Origin: Pecten maximus
Taxonomy: Eukaryota
Assembly: GCF_902652985.1 (NCBI RefSeq)
Contig: NC_047017.1
Coordinates: 39,866,001-39,930,000, forward strand
Direction: 5' to 3'
Length of the DNA: 64,000 bases
The number at the start of each line of letters is the position of its first letter. Positions within the stretch are counted from its first letter, which is position 1. Shown in pieces: positions 1-24,649 of this stretch. Below the pieces are notes generated by a model. That model saw only the letters and a list, made by a program, of their open reading frames with translations, did no database searches and was not told the origin of the DNA. A program made the position numbers and the translations under genes.

Positions 1-1971
1 GTATTTTAAACCTTTTCCATGAATTTGCCTGACTTTGTGTATTGATCGTTTTAAATGAAATTTTGTACTCTTAAAGATAATTGTTTCACTGTTTTCCGAT
101 GTATATGACTAGAGGAATCATATTTTTTTACAATACCTAATTTTTTTAACGCCATTTTGACGTTATTTTAGTAACGTCATATAGAGAAATGGCGTCACGG
201 GGAAATTATCTGTGTAGACAATTCTGTATTGCTCCATAAATACTCAACGGAAAAATAAATAAATATTATGAGAAGAAACTATGGACATTTCTTCATAACA
301 TGACGAAATATTGTCAAAATCTGTTCATAAACAATGTCAGGAAATTTCATTGAAAAAATGTGGAAATGCAAAGAATATATAGCAAAGGAAGAAAAATTGA
401 AAGACTTTTGGCACGTCACTGTATTTGACCATTCTCTGCATCAATAAACAAGTGGCCCAGAGGGCCTGTATTGCTCACCTAATTATTTCATGCATTATAT
501 GTTTACATCAAGTAAGCATGTTGATTTGAGAAAATCATTTTGGATCATTTTTGTTGATTTTTTGTGTACTTGTAGAGATTTGTCTTCTGCATAATCTCAT
601 AATACTTTCACTTTTTCCCGGTGTGTATAAACATAATTCGTAATTTATTATTTTAATATGATTTTATTTCGTTACAGAATTCCAAAAAAGGGCGTCACAC
701 GGAAGTTAACAATGCAGAAAAGTCCTTGCTATCAAGAAATTAACTTAATATTTTGAGAAGACACTATGGATATTTTATAACAAATGGACAGATTTTGTCA
801 AAATCCATTCATAAACAATGGAAATACTAATGTTTCATATCAGTGTTTGCCAGGGACGTATACGTATACCTCGCGAGACTCTCTGTATACTGTAGCAGAC
901 GACATAATGTATATAAGGTAACACGCATAGCAGCAAATTTTTGCAGCGGCACAGGGAAACGTGTGTTTCAGCACATTATTATATACACATTACAGTGGGT
1001 TGATATAGGAACTTTGCCTTATAACTCCTCAGAATAACGTTCGGCATGTCCCTGTGACACCAAGTATGTCCAAAATGACACCCTAAATTGACGATTACTC
1101 GAAAATGAAAACATTAAACAACTCAAATTTCTTGTCAAATCTCGTTCGTGTCGACCCCAATCATGTGTCTTGAAATCCATTCTGACAGTCCCACTGTTTC
1201 TGATATCCTCTGTCCACAAAATGTTAGTAATTCTACTTCCGGCAAAAACATGAGAATGACTGCGTAAGCTCTCCTGGACTCCGTCCAGAGAGCTAAAAAT
1301 CTGATATATCATTTCAACCCAACAAATACACTGTATTGTAGCTACTGCAAAGGGGTTCACTATTACTAGTATCAGATTATTAGGATTATACTACCAACAT
1401 CGTATTTCTTGATTGCCTGGGGAGCACACATTGAGAGAAACGGCTTACATAACATTACCATAGTAGTTTAACTCCTTTTTCAGATAATGTTGAACCTTTT
1501 GAAGCATAAAAAAGCACCCCATTTTACTTAAGTAACTTAAAAAGATCACTTTTTTTTAATTCATAAATCTCTCAGTTCAAACCCTGATATTCATATAATA
1601 TTATGAGAAAACCTTATTAAAACAAGATCATTAATTTCTCTCCAAAACTCCAGTATAGGCTATTGCAGAATCGAACATAGAGTTACAATCCAGACAGGAA
1701 TATGAGGAGTATAGGAGTCGAATTAAAGTTTCGCTTTTGGTTTTAATCAGGTTGATATCACAGTATCACAATTGGGTTTTTTTTTCAAGAATTTAATTTA
1801 CACTCTAAATTTGTTGATGATCTGGAGAAAATTATTCTATTGGGCACCTTTCAGATATGAGACCTTCATTATAGAATACTAGGTCAGCCAATTAATAATT
1901 TAAAATGTTAGCAAACTATCAAGAAAGATACATCACTACATTTGGACTTAAATGATAAGAGTAACACTGAC

Positions 1972-2425
1972 CAGCAGTTTCCTTCTCCTTCTCCAGAATA
2001 CTTCCCCATTGATTCTCATACTGTGTGAACATAGCAAGTACAGGCTGCGATGGGCCGTCTGGGGCATCATAATTCCTGAGGATGTCCTCAAATCGTTGGG
2101 TGAACCATTCCAACACGAAGTTGCCCTGTATTGTCAGTGTACCAGTTGTCAGGAAAACTGTCATGGTGACATCATCAATCTTCAATTTGATCTTCCTGTT
2201 TCCATTAGCCTCGTACAGCGTTCTATAGGGGTAGTGCTGTACTGGGTAATTATTGTGGTGCTGGAGGACACGAATCCAGAGTGATGCCAGTGATATGGAA
2301 CCTCTCTTTACCTTGTGTTTGATGATCACAAACTTGGACTTGGACAGATCCAGGTAAACCGATTCGCCAATTTTGTTTGATACAAATGTTTTGATGTGTT
2401 TTTCTATTGCTGTGTCTTCAGCCAT
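1972..2425 (-). CDS. First coding exon of an uncharacterised gene, divergent from MCM5; the gene probably continues toward or beyond the left edge
   Basis: Open frame MAEDTAIEKHIK...EKEKETA. Acceptor AG just upstream (exon starts 2451), ATG at 2425, donor G|GTCAGT at 1971. Contains VFLTTGTLTIQGN..W. A candidate 5'-UTR exon donor (AAG|GTAAGT) lies at about 5532. Downstream exons were not identified. Confidence 0.55.
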
Positions 2426-3149
2426 GCTGATGGCTCCAATGAGATCCAAAGCTATTGACAAAATAAAATAATATATCTAATATTATTGATATACAAGAAA
2501 TATCAGGATAGATGAAATATGTGAATTACTCACATCATAGTCAAACATCAAGCAAAAATTGTGTAGACCTGGCCCCGGATGATATAGTTTCTGCTATTTG
2601 ATAACATATAATTATTACCCGAGTTGAAAATACTTGTATGTGTATATTGTGCCCAGGCACATAGCCAAGGATTTTTGTAGGTGTAGATAATGTAGATAAA
2701 TTGAACAGTTAATAAGAACTTGGTGCCATATTAGTTGATGATCATGAAGCATGTCATACAGGTAGGATTTTAGTTAAATGTCCTTATCTCAATGTGTCAA
2801 AATTACCTTTTGGAAACTTTCTATGTTAATGATGAAAATAAAGTGATATTACCTCTAGTTTTAATGGGTACTGAAGATGACAATTCGAAACATTTCATTT
2901 TACTTATATCTGAAATCTCTCTTTGGATGAGAAAAAGTTGTGTCAGATCAAATAACAAAATCCAAATGTTCTCTAGGTATTGGCATATCAACCAATTAAA
3001 AATTAAAAATGCATTAATATGAAATTACTGATTTGTTGGGGAAAGTAATCAATGTCATAAACAGATATTTTTAGCTACTCCAGTCCATACTTCATGTTTC
3101 TGTGCTATTTCTGTGCTTTCTTTAGCTCTTAACATACTAGACTTTTACA

Positions 3150-4870
3150 ACAAGGGTGTAAAATTTGTGTCATCTTGTCTGTGTTAGTAATTTTGTTACA
3201 ATCAGCGTGCATTCACAGTGGTATTCCTGTAGGTGGTGGACACCAAAATAAAGATTTTCGTAAATGTCATTGTCTAATCAATAAACCTGCAAAATACAGA
3301 ATCTCTTGGACGTTTCCTTCTTGGATATCAAACTTTTTGCTCAAAAGAAAAGTGTCATCATTAATGGGGCGATGTCTGAATAGAACCATGTAATAAGCGG
3401 TACACCACAAGGCTTGGTTTTAGGGCCCCTTTTATTTGATATGACATGTCGGAAGTCCCAAGTCTGAAACAAATACAGTGTACATTCCGTTTTGCTGACA
3501 ATACAAAAGCATTTAGGGACAATCAATGAAGAGGATATCAAGACAGTCAGATTTTACAGCAAGACATATTATACTCTACAAAAGTGGTCCGATATCTGGC
3601 AACTCCTGTTTTCAATTTCACCCAAAAAATGTGAAACTATGCACATGGGTATTTCAAATTCAAATATAGATAAGATCATTTACAACCTCAAGGAAGATGC
3701 AGGTGTACTAGAATTTGTGAACTCCGAAAAAGACATCAGGCAACACAGGGTTACCAATAGACAATATCAGGGTCACCAATAGACAATAAATTATCATTTG
3801 ATAAACATATATGTGAAAAGGGGAATAAAGCCACCTTGATAATGGGAATTTTTCAGGATGAAACTCCATATTTTGGAAACTTGGCTTAAATATGAAATAA
3901 TTTTGATTGGGAATGGGGCCCATTAATGGCCCCAAAGAGCCCTCAGAAAAAGTCTAGGATAACAATTTTAGAATACATGAGTCTGGGAAGTTTTAAGTTG
4001 TTGTACACAGATCTGATTAGACCACATATTGACTATGTGAATCAAGCTTGGAGCTCTCATCTCAAACAAGAAATATCTTAATAAAGAATAAACGGCATAG
4101 TTTTAATGCTGGTAGAACTTTATAATGTAAAACTGCTGGTGAAATAAATCAACTAACTAATGTGTTTCAGCACAGATAACAAAATTATATCAGCTTGAAT
4201 CATTTTTGGTGATAAGACTGCATTTGAATCAGGAATATCATTTTATTAATGTGTCATTTGTAACTGCATATCTGCATTTTGCACCTACTACTACATTGAC
4301 CAATCACATACTTCATCTTGACCAGTAACGCCACCTGTCATGTCATATCCGGGGCCAAAAGAATATTATACCGTAAAATACGGCTATGCCGAAAAACACT
4401 TTGAAACAAATCATAGAAAATGATCAACATTGAGCAACAAAACAATCAAGTATCTGGACTTACCTTATACCGCAAGATTACAGAAACTGAATCTACCAAC
4501 CAAAAAACACTAGCATAGGAGATCACATAGCGATATGATAGAGGTCTACAAAATGCTATCCGGGAAATATGATTGTGAAGTGTCAGATATTTTTAAAATC
4601 GAGGACGGTTCCTCAACATGGGAACATGGCCTCAAGATCTATTAAAAAAAAACTTTTGAAATTAAATGTTAGAAAATATTTGTTTACACAAAGAACTATC
4701 AATGTCAATATTATATGAACTGTATTAGAGGAAAAGGCGTTGATAAGTTGGAAAAACTTGTGCCTATAATCCTCTGCTCAATTTTGGGGCAATAAATATG
4801 TTTAAATCAAACTATCAATGTATGGAACGAAATGCAAACAATGTCAAGGCATTTGAAAAGTCAACCACAG
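3150..4870 (+). mobile_element. Decayed CR1/L2-clade LINE reverse transcriptase fragment, interrupted by other insertions
   Basis: Frameshifted RT motifs in order: WISNFL (3321), SGTPQGLVLGPLLF (about 3397-3438; consensus SGVPQGSVLGPLLF), FADNTK (about 3490; FADDTK), QKWSDIWQLLF..KCETMH, LYTDLIRPHIDY (about 4000), DMIEVYKML (about 4530), NVRKYLFTQRTINV (about 4665). Confidence 0.8.
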
Positions 4871-5623
4871 AAGTATTGTTTTAAAGAAAAACTCAAATAG
4901 TGAATGTTTCGTTTTTAATATGTTATTTATTACAAAGCTGACTGTCAAAGGAAAGTAATGTCCTACTTTTGTCAGAACAAAATCTGCGTATCTAGACTAT
5001 GTAATTATAATTGTTTCTAAATGTCATAAATGAGGTGAAAGGAATTATCGAGTTACAACAAATGAATGTAAAGGGTAATTGACACAAGTATTGGGCATAA
5101 TTATTCATGATAAATAGATGCTAGTAGTTAAACCAGCTAACGGCACCAATTGCCTGACCTATTTATATTTTACATACTGTACAGTTGGGGTCTCTTCGGT
5201 AGGCCTATTGTTTTGAACACCGAAAAGTTTCAATCGAGTACGACATAACTTATAAAATGATATTTCATTAGACTGTATGTCCAATTTTTCTATGTCTCTG
5301 TTTCCATTAGGTCCCACAAAATCTACAATGCAAACAATACTTACCATACAAATTGTTGTCACGTCTGGTAAGGCGATTAGGAAGCTCGACAGTCTAAACA
5401 GTATAAGTCAAGGCCGCCGTTGCTAAGTATACACCGGCAATCGGTGTGGCATGGTGCCCTCGGTCGATAACATGTATCCAGATCTCTATTACAATCACGG
5501 TAGCATATGTAGAAAATAGCCGAACGACTTACCTTACTTCTATCAATTATTCAAACACTTTCACAAACATCGTAGTCTATGGCATCTGGCCATAAAATCA
5601 ATATTGTTTTACAACTGAATAAA

Positions 5624-5746
5624 TTTCCCGCCAACATTTTACTAGTTCGGCACTCCTTGGGCTTCATTATATTTTTAGAGATGTCTCTAATGTTAACCCC
5701 AATAACCCGGAAATGAATATTTTTACGGGAAATATTTCGCGCCAAA
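5624..5746 (+). promoter_or_regulatory. MCM5 proximal promoter with two E2F sites
   Basis: TTTCCCGCCA at 5624-5633 and TTTCGCGCCAAA at 5735-5746, plus ETS-like CCGGAAAT at about 5707, all within 170 bp of the MCM5 ATG. E2F control of MCM genes is established. Confidence 0.7.
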
Positions 5747-5789
5747 TGTGAACACGTGAGCAAAACAAAGCGAAGAAGAACAGTTCACG

Positions 5790-16639
<10,850 letters not shown>

Positions 16640-17367
16640 AGTGCTAAATACAGACCAGAGTTTTAGAATCACCAGACATATAGACCCCTGACTTTCTATA
16701 GCACAATGGCAGTAATAGATCTGATGTGCTCCAATAGTTCTTAAATTGTTACAGAGATGGAAACTTTTTTGAACACATGTTCCTGATTCATCATGTTGAC
16801 ATTTTTGGAGGCATGGTTTTGATAACTGGAACTAATGTCATTTATATGTGAATGAACTGCAATTAGATATTGGGAAGTAATAATCCTGGGTTTTCTTTCA
16901 AATGCAGGATTTTGAAAAGATAAGATACTTATTTATGTTGATACTTTATACAAAAGTATTTTGTAAAGTGATATGAATAACATTTAAAACTTTTTTTTTG
17001 TACAATGTATATATTTATAATGAATTTTGTAAATATTATTGGAATAAACATGATATCAATCTGATATTAACTTGCTTTTCTTATATACTTGAAGATATGA
17101 AAAATATCCATATCGGCTAGATTACACTTATGACATAAAAAGCCTATGTATTTGTTTTAATTCCATCAAATAAAACTCCATCCCCAATAGGTTGTCTGGC
17201 CTGTGATGAAGTCGCAGAGAGCGACTATGGGGTTACTTTTACATCGGTGGCTTGTCAACATTTCACTTTTAGATTCTGTTGTAAGTCCAACTGCAATTTA
17301 ACTTCCAATCTGACCAAGGAACTGGAAACGATTGGAATATAACTACTCTTTACCACAACGCCACTAT

Positions 17368-17582
17368 TTGGTTTGTTTTTGTTTAACGTCCTATTAACAG
17401 CCAGGGTCATTTAAGGACGTACCAGGTTTGGAGGTGAAGGAAACCAGAGTACCTGGAGAAAGACCACTGGTCTATGGTTAGTACCTGGCAACTGCCCCTT
17501 GTAGGTTTCGAACTTGCAACCTAGAGGTGGAGGGCTAGTGATAAAGTGTCGGGACACCTTAACCACTCGGCTACAGTGGCCC
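17368..17582 (-). mobile_element. tRNA-derived SINE with V-like central domain
   Basis: Minus strand reads GGGCCACTGTAGCCGAGTGG (A box), GTTCGAAAC (B box), TTTCTCCAGGTACTCTGGTTTCCT (V-like core), TGACCCTGGCTGTTAATAGGACGTTAAAC and an A-rich tail. Confidence 0.8.
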
Positions 17583-17894
17583 TTGGACACCAATAGGCCG
17601 CAATGTCAAAGGGTAATTGTTTAAAATCTCGAGACCTTTTAAACGTAGAAATTTTTTTTATTGATAATCACAACAAAGGTAAACGTTTTCAAATAATTAT
17701 TAAAATATTGCAAAGTAATGGAAATGCATGGCAGTGAAATATAAAGAAAAGATGTAAACATTTGTAGCACTCTGAAGAGTAATTAAATTAGATGCTATCA
17801 AGGTTTAATTAAAATGGAAACACAGGGTGGAAGTGAAAGATTGGCCTACACAACATGGTGAGCACATTGCCATATTCCCTTAGTGCAGTATTCC

Positions 17895-20800
17895 CTACGT
17901 ATTCTGAATCTGTTCTCCACAACTTTGTTCATCTTCTTCCTGGAAAGGTGCATAGTGGTCTCTTTGACGTTGGCTTGTTGGATCAAGACAGCAGTGTAGA
18001 GACCTGGTACAAAAAGGGAAAAAAAACCCGTCTAAAACCTAGAGCTAATGTATCGTATACTACAGAGTATAGTAGTATACACACCAGTAAAGCAGAGTAA
18101 GAGTTCAATTTGAAACATATTTTTGATGAATTTGACCATTTTGATAACATACAAAACATTTGTTTTTTAACCGACCATCCCTCTGTAAACAATTCTTGTT
18201 ATCGCTATTTCTCGGAACACCCCTAGTTATGCATATTGCATTTTGGAACTGATTGGAAAACAACGGGTTACAGGCAATCACATTTCTTCTAATATGTACA
18301 TTTCCTTTGGTCCCTAGTTATATGCATACTGCATTTTGAGACCAATCGGAAAACTACATGGCTGATAAGCTGCCATCTTGGATTTTGACAATTGCAGATT
18401 GCTACTTTTATATCGTGTTATATAAAGTTATTACATGTAAATGTTTTGAAAGAAGAGAAAGATCAGTCTTTCATTTGACCGATATGGATCATTTAATGGT
18501 GGGCGCAAAGATCCCTCTGGGATAGTCATAAAGATACTCTGCTTATGATCAAGGAGAGACTTGTAGCAAAAGGCACTTAGTTATACTACAAAATGATGTA
18601 TTGATTAATCAAATTCTCCGAAGTGGTTTATGTGAGCTCCTCACCTGATCACTTACCTTCTTACTAAGAAGATGACTAAAGGTTAAGGAGTAGTTAATAC
18701 ATTATACTTTGTACAGATAAAAAGTTTGGAAATGAATAAATCAATGTGTAATTATGTCAGCAAAACAAAACGGCAAATAAATTATTGTATACATCAAATC
18801 AAAAATATCAATAGATTGATTTAGAGTATGGAAATAATGAAGTTTTAGAAGTTTCTGATGGCTGATTAATGGGAGATAGTTCATCAGTTTTGATTGAAAT
18901 CTATTGGATGATGCAACCTGTTTTCAACTACAGTGTTAAGATGTAATGCACCAAATTGTAATATAATGTTATAACTAACTATTTTCTACTGTTGTCTGGT
19001 TGACATTTCCTTTATAATGGTACTAGTCATGAATAATTTGATTGAATTAATTTTGGTAAAAATAAAATTTAGCCTGGAGCATTATTGGATGAAGGAGACA
19101 ATACTGTGTTGTATAAAAAATGGAGTCTAGCTTCCTATAGGTATATAAACTGGGTCCAAAAGGGGGAATATAAAGGTATTCAGGTAAGAGATACTGGCCT
19201 TCTGAGGCACCTTGTTAACTTGTACAGCTTTGACAAAAACAGGAGGAAAGTGATTAAATAGAAAGAATAATTAAAATTAAATAGTGTTATGTGATTACCT
19301 TTAGTATTGCTAGGTCTCTATCAACACCAAAAAAACATGAAACAACATACACACGAAAAATAGACGCCAATGCGAAGCCACACTTTAACTATTTGATAGT
19401 ATGTTTTTAGTACAAGGCAATATCTCGCTGTACCCAAAAAAATAGATCAAATATTTTTCCTTGCTCCAGATGTGGTCTCGACCTCTGTATTTGGCTATCT
19501 GTGTGAGTGAAAAGATTTCAAATTGAGTACCAAATGATAACATTTTTATACACAACCCACTTAATTATCCCCTCGTGACAAAAGTCGGGGAGGGGATATA
19601 GCGTTCCGTTTGTACGTAAGTACATATGTTCACTTTATGTCAGCGACTTCATTTTTGAACGGATTCTGACCAAACTTCATATATGGGTCCAGCATGGGAA
19701 TACCTCAAATGAGTTCTATTTCAGGGTGCCAAGGTCAAGGTCAAGGTCACCGCTACTATTTATAGAAAATCTTTGTCAGCACTCTTGCAACTTCATTTCT
19801 GAACGGATCCTGACCAAACTTCATATATGGGTCCAGCATGGGAATACCTCGAACAAGTTCGTGTTTCAGGGTGCCAAGGTCAAGGTCAAGGCCAATGTCA
19901 CCATTACTATTTATAGAAAATCTTTTGTCAGCGCTGTAATGCGACTTCATTTTTGAACGGATCCTGACCAAACTTCATATATGGGTCAAGCATGGCAATA
20001 CCTCAAACAAGTTCGTGTTTCAGGGTGCCAAGGTCAAGGCCAATGTCACCATTTCTATTTATAGAAAAACTTAGTCAGCGCTGTAATGCGACTTCATTTT
20101 AGAATGGATCCTGACCAAACTTCATACATTGGTCCAGTATGGCAATACCTCGAAAATGCATATATATTCATTTAGATACACACAATTATAAAACTATCAA
20201 TTGAAATGAAGTTGCTAGTGTGATGCGTAACCAGATACTGTTGAATGCATAACAATATATACCATATTTATCTGGCAATGAGCCCATGCCTGATAATAAG
20301 CCCATCCATGTCTATTGCAGTTCAGTGCAAATGACAACTGATGTTATTTCAATGTCCTGCATTAACCCCACCCCCCATTTTGCGTCAGATTTCATGTGCT
20401 AGCACGCGAGGGGATTTGTATCGTTTGTGATGCCTTGTTTTGAAATTACTTCATGTAAAATCCAAACCATCGGGACAAAAATAAGTTAGAAAATTCTTAT
20501 AGTTAGGAATATCACATTATACCAGTACATTTTATACACATACAAAAAAAATGTACATGTATTCTATCAGTTATGGATTCCTATGTGGACAATTTGAACT
20601 TCAATTTCCCTGATTATTGTAAAGAAAAACCTTGTCGCTGTTTATCATCAGAAAACCACTAATTTGAAAATAATCTGAACATAATTTTGCTATCACCAAA
20701 AAATTCCTACCAACTCTGCTAGGAAATTTAAGGATTCTTCAAGAAGAGGCCTTCGTTGTGGATGGGGGCATTTTGAAGATATATGCAACATTTTCACTTC

Positions 20801-23800
20801 CAGGTAGGTAAACATAAATATATATATCTGCTGTGGTCCTTAGATATTATATGTCTATAATATACATACATAATGATGATGAAAGCAATCCCCACAAATC
20901 CAGAGGCTAGCAAGAATGACGATCCGTGATACAATTTCAGTGTGGCAGAGTATAAACTGTTGAAGAGGAGAGTGGCAATGAGGCTGGCAATACTTTCAGC
21001 ACTGGCTACAAGTCCAAACAGGCGACCTGTAAAACATGGTCATTATTAGCTGGACAGTAAGGAGGCTGGACAGTAAAGAGGCTGGCCAACATCTCCATAA
21101 TATCTACAATTCCAAACAGACATCCTGTAAAACATGGTCTTTATAAGCTGGACAGTAAAGAGGCTGGCCAACATCTCCATACTATCTACAATTCCAAACA
21201 GACATCCTGTAAAACATGGTCTTTATAAGCTGGACAGTAAGGAGGCTGGTCTACATCTCCATACTATCTACAATTCCAAACAGACATCCTGTAAAACATG
21301 GTCTTTATAAGCTAGACAGTAAAGAGGCTGGCCAACATCTCCATGCATACTATCTACAATTCCAAACAGGCATCCTGTAAAACATGGTCTTTATAAGCTG
21401 GACAGTAAGGAATTTTTACTTTTAAAATAAGATTTAACATATTTGACCCTACTCCAACAATGTTAGAGGTTCAACACGGCGAGAAACTTTTGACAGGCGC
21501 CGTGTAACATGTAAGAGGTTCAACACGGCGAGAAACTTTTGACAGGTGCCGTGTAATGCAATCAAGCGGACTAAGACCTCTTATACATATAGAAGTAATT
21601 TGACCCCTGTTACCTTGAAAGTAGGCCAAGGTAATTCATTCAAACATGCTACTGGCTCAATGTCAGTACCATAGACCTAAATCGCAAAGGGCAATACCTA
21701 ATATAGTCAGATTGGTCCTAATGGGCTATAACTCTTTAGTTACAGTTGAATCGGCTCAATTGTCCAACTCATCCGAGATCTTATTGATATAATTAAGGCT
21801 TCATACCAAGTTTCTTGATAATCTGTTCATATTTACTGAAGTTAATTATCAAGTTCACAAGGTCCAGTGGCAATAAAAATAAAAAGGGGCCATAGCTCTG
21901 TTAGTTACAACTGAATCAAACTCATCTGAGATCTTATTAATATAAAGCTGAATACCAAATTTCATGAAATCTGTTCATATTAACTCAAGTTAGTGTGTTC
22001 ACAAGGAAAAGTAATGAACAATGCACGTTGATGAGCAGGCTTTGCCTCCGGTGATCTGAAAACAAGAGTGTAACCCCTGGACTAGTTTGATACTGTACGT
22101 CATAAAACCTACACAAACCAATGTTAAAACCCAATATAAACATTCAACTCTTCAAAACAATGAACAGCGAGACCAAGAAGAGTGGCAAATTCTTTCTTTA
22201 CAAAATAATCTTTAAAACATGAACTGATCAGATGATGATCACTGCATCATTGCAACAACTGACATTACTCATAATGAAACAGGTAAGCAGTTATATTAAA
22301 GAGGTGTCAATTAAAACATGTTCGGGTGGCACATGTAGTGGTTACGCACTTGTTTTTCATCTAGGCAGCTGGGTTTTGATTCCCTGAACCGATATGAAAT
22401 TGTGTGTGTGGGGGGGGATCATCTGTCCAACCATATGGGTTTTCTACATGTTCTTAAGTTTCCTTCCAAAGTCAGGCGTAAAAATACGCCTCACACACTT
22501 ATATCGGGAATAAAAGAGTGATTAAGTATAATAAGTTGATACAGCTTGTTTTCGATTGCTGTAAAATGAATAAGGCTTCCAATAAAACATGGGACTTTTT
22601 CAGCCAAGCAAGGACCGCACTGAATCACTAGAGTAAGACAAGTATAATTTTGTATTCAATCTTTTCTGACCAACCTTGTTCATTCGTGTCCATCAGTCCA
22701 GACAATGAAGATCGAAGGCCAGCTGATGGGAAGCCTTGAAGTACACTAATTACAGGAACTGAAGAAAAGGTGACATTTGAGGTAATCAGTCAAATAAAAT
22801 GTTACCCTTTATAACCCCCTGAGATATCAAGATAGCAAGAACATAATTAAGTTTCCTTAAACTTGTTAAAATGATAACTTAGTCTATGCATTACATAATA
22901 GTTAATACAATATAATATTGTATTTCCTTTTAAATTCTGAATGTTTAATACATGTATGTATACATTTAATATTCTCTATTGTACTTGACATAAAAATCTG
23001 CAATGTTTTTCACATTGGAATTTGATACAAATTAATATTCAATTTATAACGGTATAATCATTCTTTGTTACCTAGATACAACTGCCAGGACTGCGACGCA
23101 AGCCCAAGAAGTATTAATCCAGTTCCCTTGGAGACTAACCCCATGAGAATTAAGACAGTGTCACGGGCGTTGAACTTGTACCGCAGCAATGGGAGTAAGG
23201 TAAGCACAGCCAGGCCACGTCCAAAATTCTCCCCAGCTTTGAAAAACCCATACCTCGTCTGTGACCAGTCAAACTGGGGCAATTTTGTATATAAAAGAAG
23301 AATGTCATTTTCTCCTGAAAACGAAGTGAAAGGTCAATGTTTGGTGTAAACATAAAATCCAATTAAGTTCAACAAGCCGGCATTATCCAGCTTCACCGAT
23401 TGATTAAAAATCAATTTGAAAAATCTACAAACTTGAAAGGTTTAAATTATATTACCTGGTTCTCATTTTCCAGTAAATAATTGTACTCTTGACAGTATAG
23501 ATTATAAATTCAAATGTACAATTTACTTAGATGGAAATAAGTGCATGTATAGGACAGTTTTACCTGAAGTGCAGATCATCAGGATAACAAGAACAAAAAT
23601 CTCCATAGCCAGGTAAACAAACATGTTGCATGGACGATGTTTGGATACACAAATCCAGGAATCCTTACAAAAAAGTCTGGTGTAGGAACAGATGGATGTG
23701 TTTGTCTGCTCCTCTGAAGGTCCGAGATTCTCCAACACAAACACAGCGTAGAGTAAGGCCAAAAATTGCATTACACAGATGAAAGAAAAGACGAAATTAA

Positions 23801-24404
23801 AACTTGTCTTGTCTATGATTATTCCTGATATTAGAACTCCCGCTGTTCCGGACAAAAAAATCATGGCCTCTGCCACACCGACCCGACTGGTCCTGTTTTT
23901 GGCACTTGAGACATGCCCTATGTAACTGTAGACCGACATCATCAATCCGATAAATCCTCCTGTCATGCCATTGATAATTTTACCAATAAGGATATACTTG
24001 ATAGAAATATTTGTGTGTGAGGAAACGACCAGGTTACACACAGTCAGCAGCATGTTACCAATGATTGTAAGCATCATTGGGTACTTGCGGCCCAAACGGT
24101 CCCCCCATGGACCTAGAAACAGAGTGACAGAGACGACTGCGGGAACTGTGTAGGCTACATTGTGGTACATTATCCAGCTGGATGCTTCTTTCTGAACTGA
24201 TTCTAATTCTTCCTTCAGTGTCTTGTTGCTAAGGTTATCACAAATGTAGGTTACATTGGCGAACTTTTCCAAACACACCCTCGTGTAGATCAGGTCTTGT
24301 GATACTGGAAACTCCAGGAACGTAGCAAACATGTACAGAAATAGAATGGGTTCAACAGTGGTCTGACGAAGCAGGCCAGTTACTTGCTCACAAAATGTCA
24401 TCAT
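17895..24404 (-). CDS. SLC46-family MFS transporter (PCFT/SLC46A3-like, about 477 aa, 5 coding exons)
   Basis: Exons 24404-23564, 23314-23072, 22758-22675, 21026-20870, 18003-17895 (1434 nt, phase-consistent). Motifs TVEPILFLYMFA, GPWGDRLGRK (MFS motif A), RSSLSGL..EQGRLFG, and a C-terminal YAPF (YxxPhi) motif. Upstream 5'-UTR acceptor at 24449 and candidate UTR-exon donor at about 25157. Confidence 0.9.
19565..20440. mobile_element. Helentron-type non-autonomous element with about 140-150-bp internal tandem repeats
   Basis: Hairpin ATCCCCTC...GAGGGGATAT at the left end. About 4 copies of GAACGGATCCTGACCAAACTTCATATATGGGTCCAGCATGG, mostly followed by CAAGGTCAAGG. Subterminal GAGGGGAT and terminal CTTGTTT at the right end. 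Confidence 0.7.
21026..21410 (-). repeat. About 82-bp tandem repeat, 4 copies, made of the SLC46 coding-exon-4 acceptor plus exon start
   Basis: CCTGTAAAACATGG recurs at 21026, 21124, 21206, 21288 and 21374. The minus-strand unit TTTTACAG|GATGTCTGTTTGGAATTGTAG...GCCAGCCTC is homologous to the real TTTTACAG|GTCGCCTGTTTGGACTTGTAG...GCCAGCCTC. Confidence 0.9.
22324..22575 (+). mobile_element. Degenerate tRNA-derived SINE; a second copy lies at about 41430-41650
   Basis: Both copies share a GGGTGRCACA...GTG head, a CCAYATGGGTTTT core and a TAAGTTGATA...AATAA tail. Confidence 0.55.
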
Positions 24405-24442
24405 GATCTGGTGGTTACGGACAGGTGTCTCTCAGCAGGACT

Positions 24443-24649
24443 ATGAATCTGCTATTAAAGTATAAAGTATATTTTTACTTTGAATGAATCTGCTATTAAA
24501 GTATAAAGTATATTTTTACTTTGAATGAATTTGCTATTAAAGTATAAAGTATATTTTTACTTTGAATGAATCTGCTATTAAAGTATAAAGTATATTTTTA
24601 CTTTGAATGAATCTGCTATTAAAGTATTAAGTATAATTTTACTTTGAAT
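24443..24649 (-). repeat. 41-bp tandem repeat, 5 copies, containing the acceptor of the SLC46 ATG exon
   Basis: Unit on + is TGAATCTGCTATTAAAGTATAAAGTATATTTTTACTTTGAA. On - it reads ...TACTTTAATAGCAG|ATTCA; the most downstream copy runs into the exon containing the ATG. Confidence 0.85.

Noticed and set aside
1019-1360. 113-aa minus-strand ORF as the next exon of the left-edge gene
   Set aside because: I found no convincing phase-1 acceptor/donor pair and no recognisable homology.
20775-20869. Read-through C-terminus of SLC46 within the last intron
   Set aside because: A GTATGT donor at 20869 and a clean terminal exon at 18003-17895 with a YxxPhi motif fit better; read-through remains possible only as a minor isoform.
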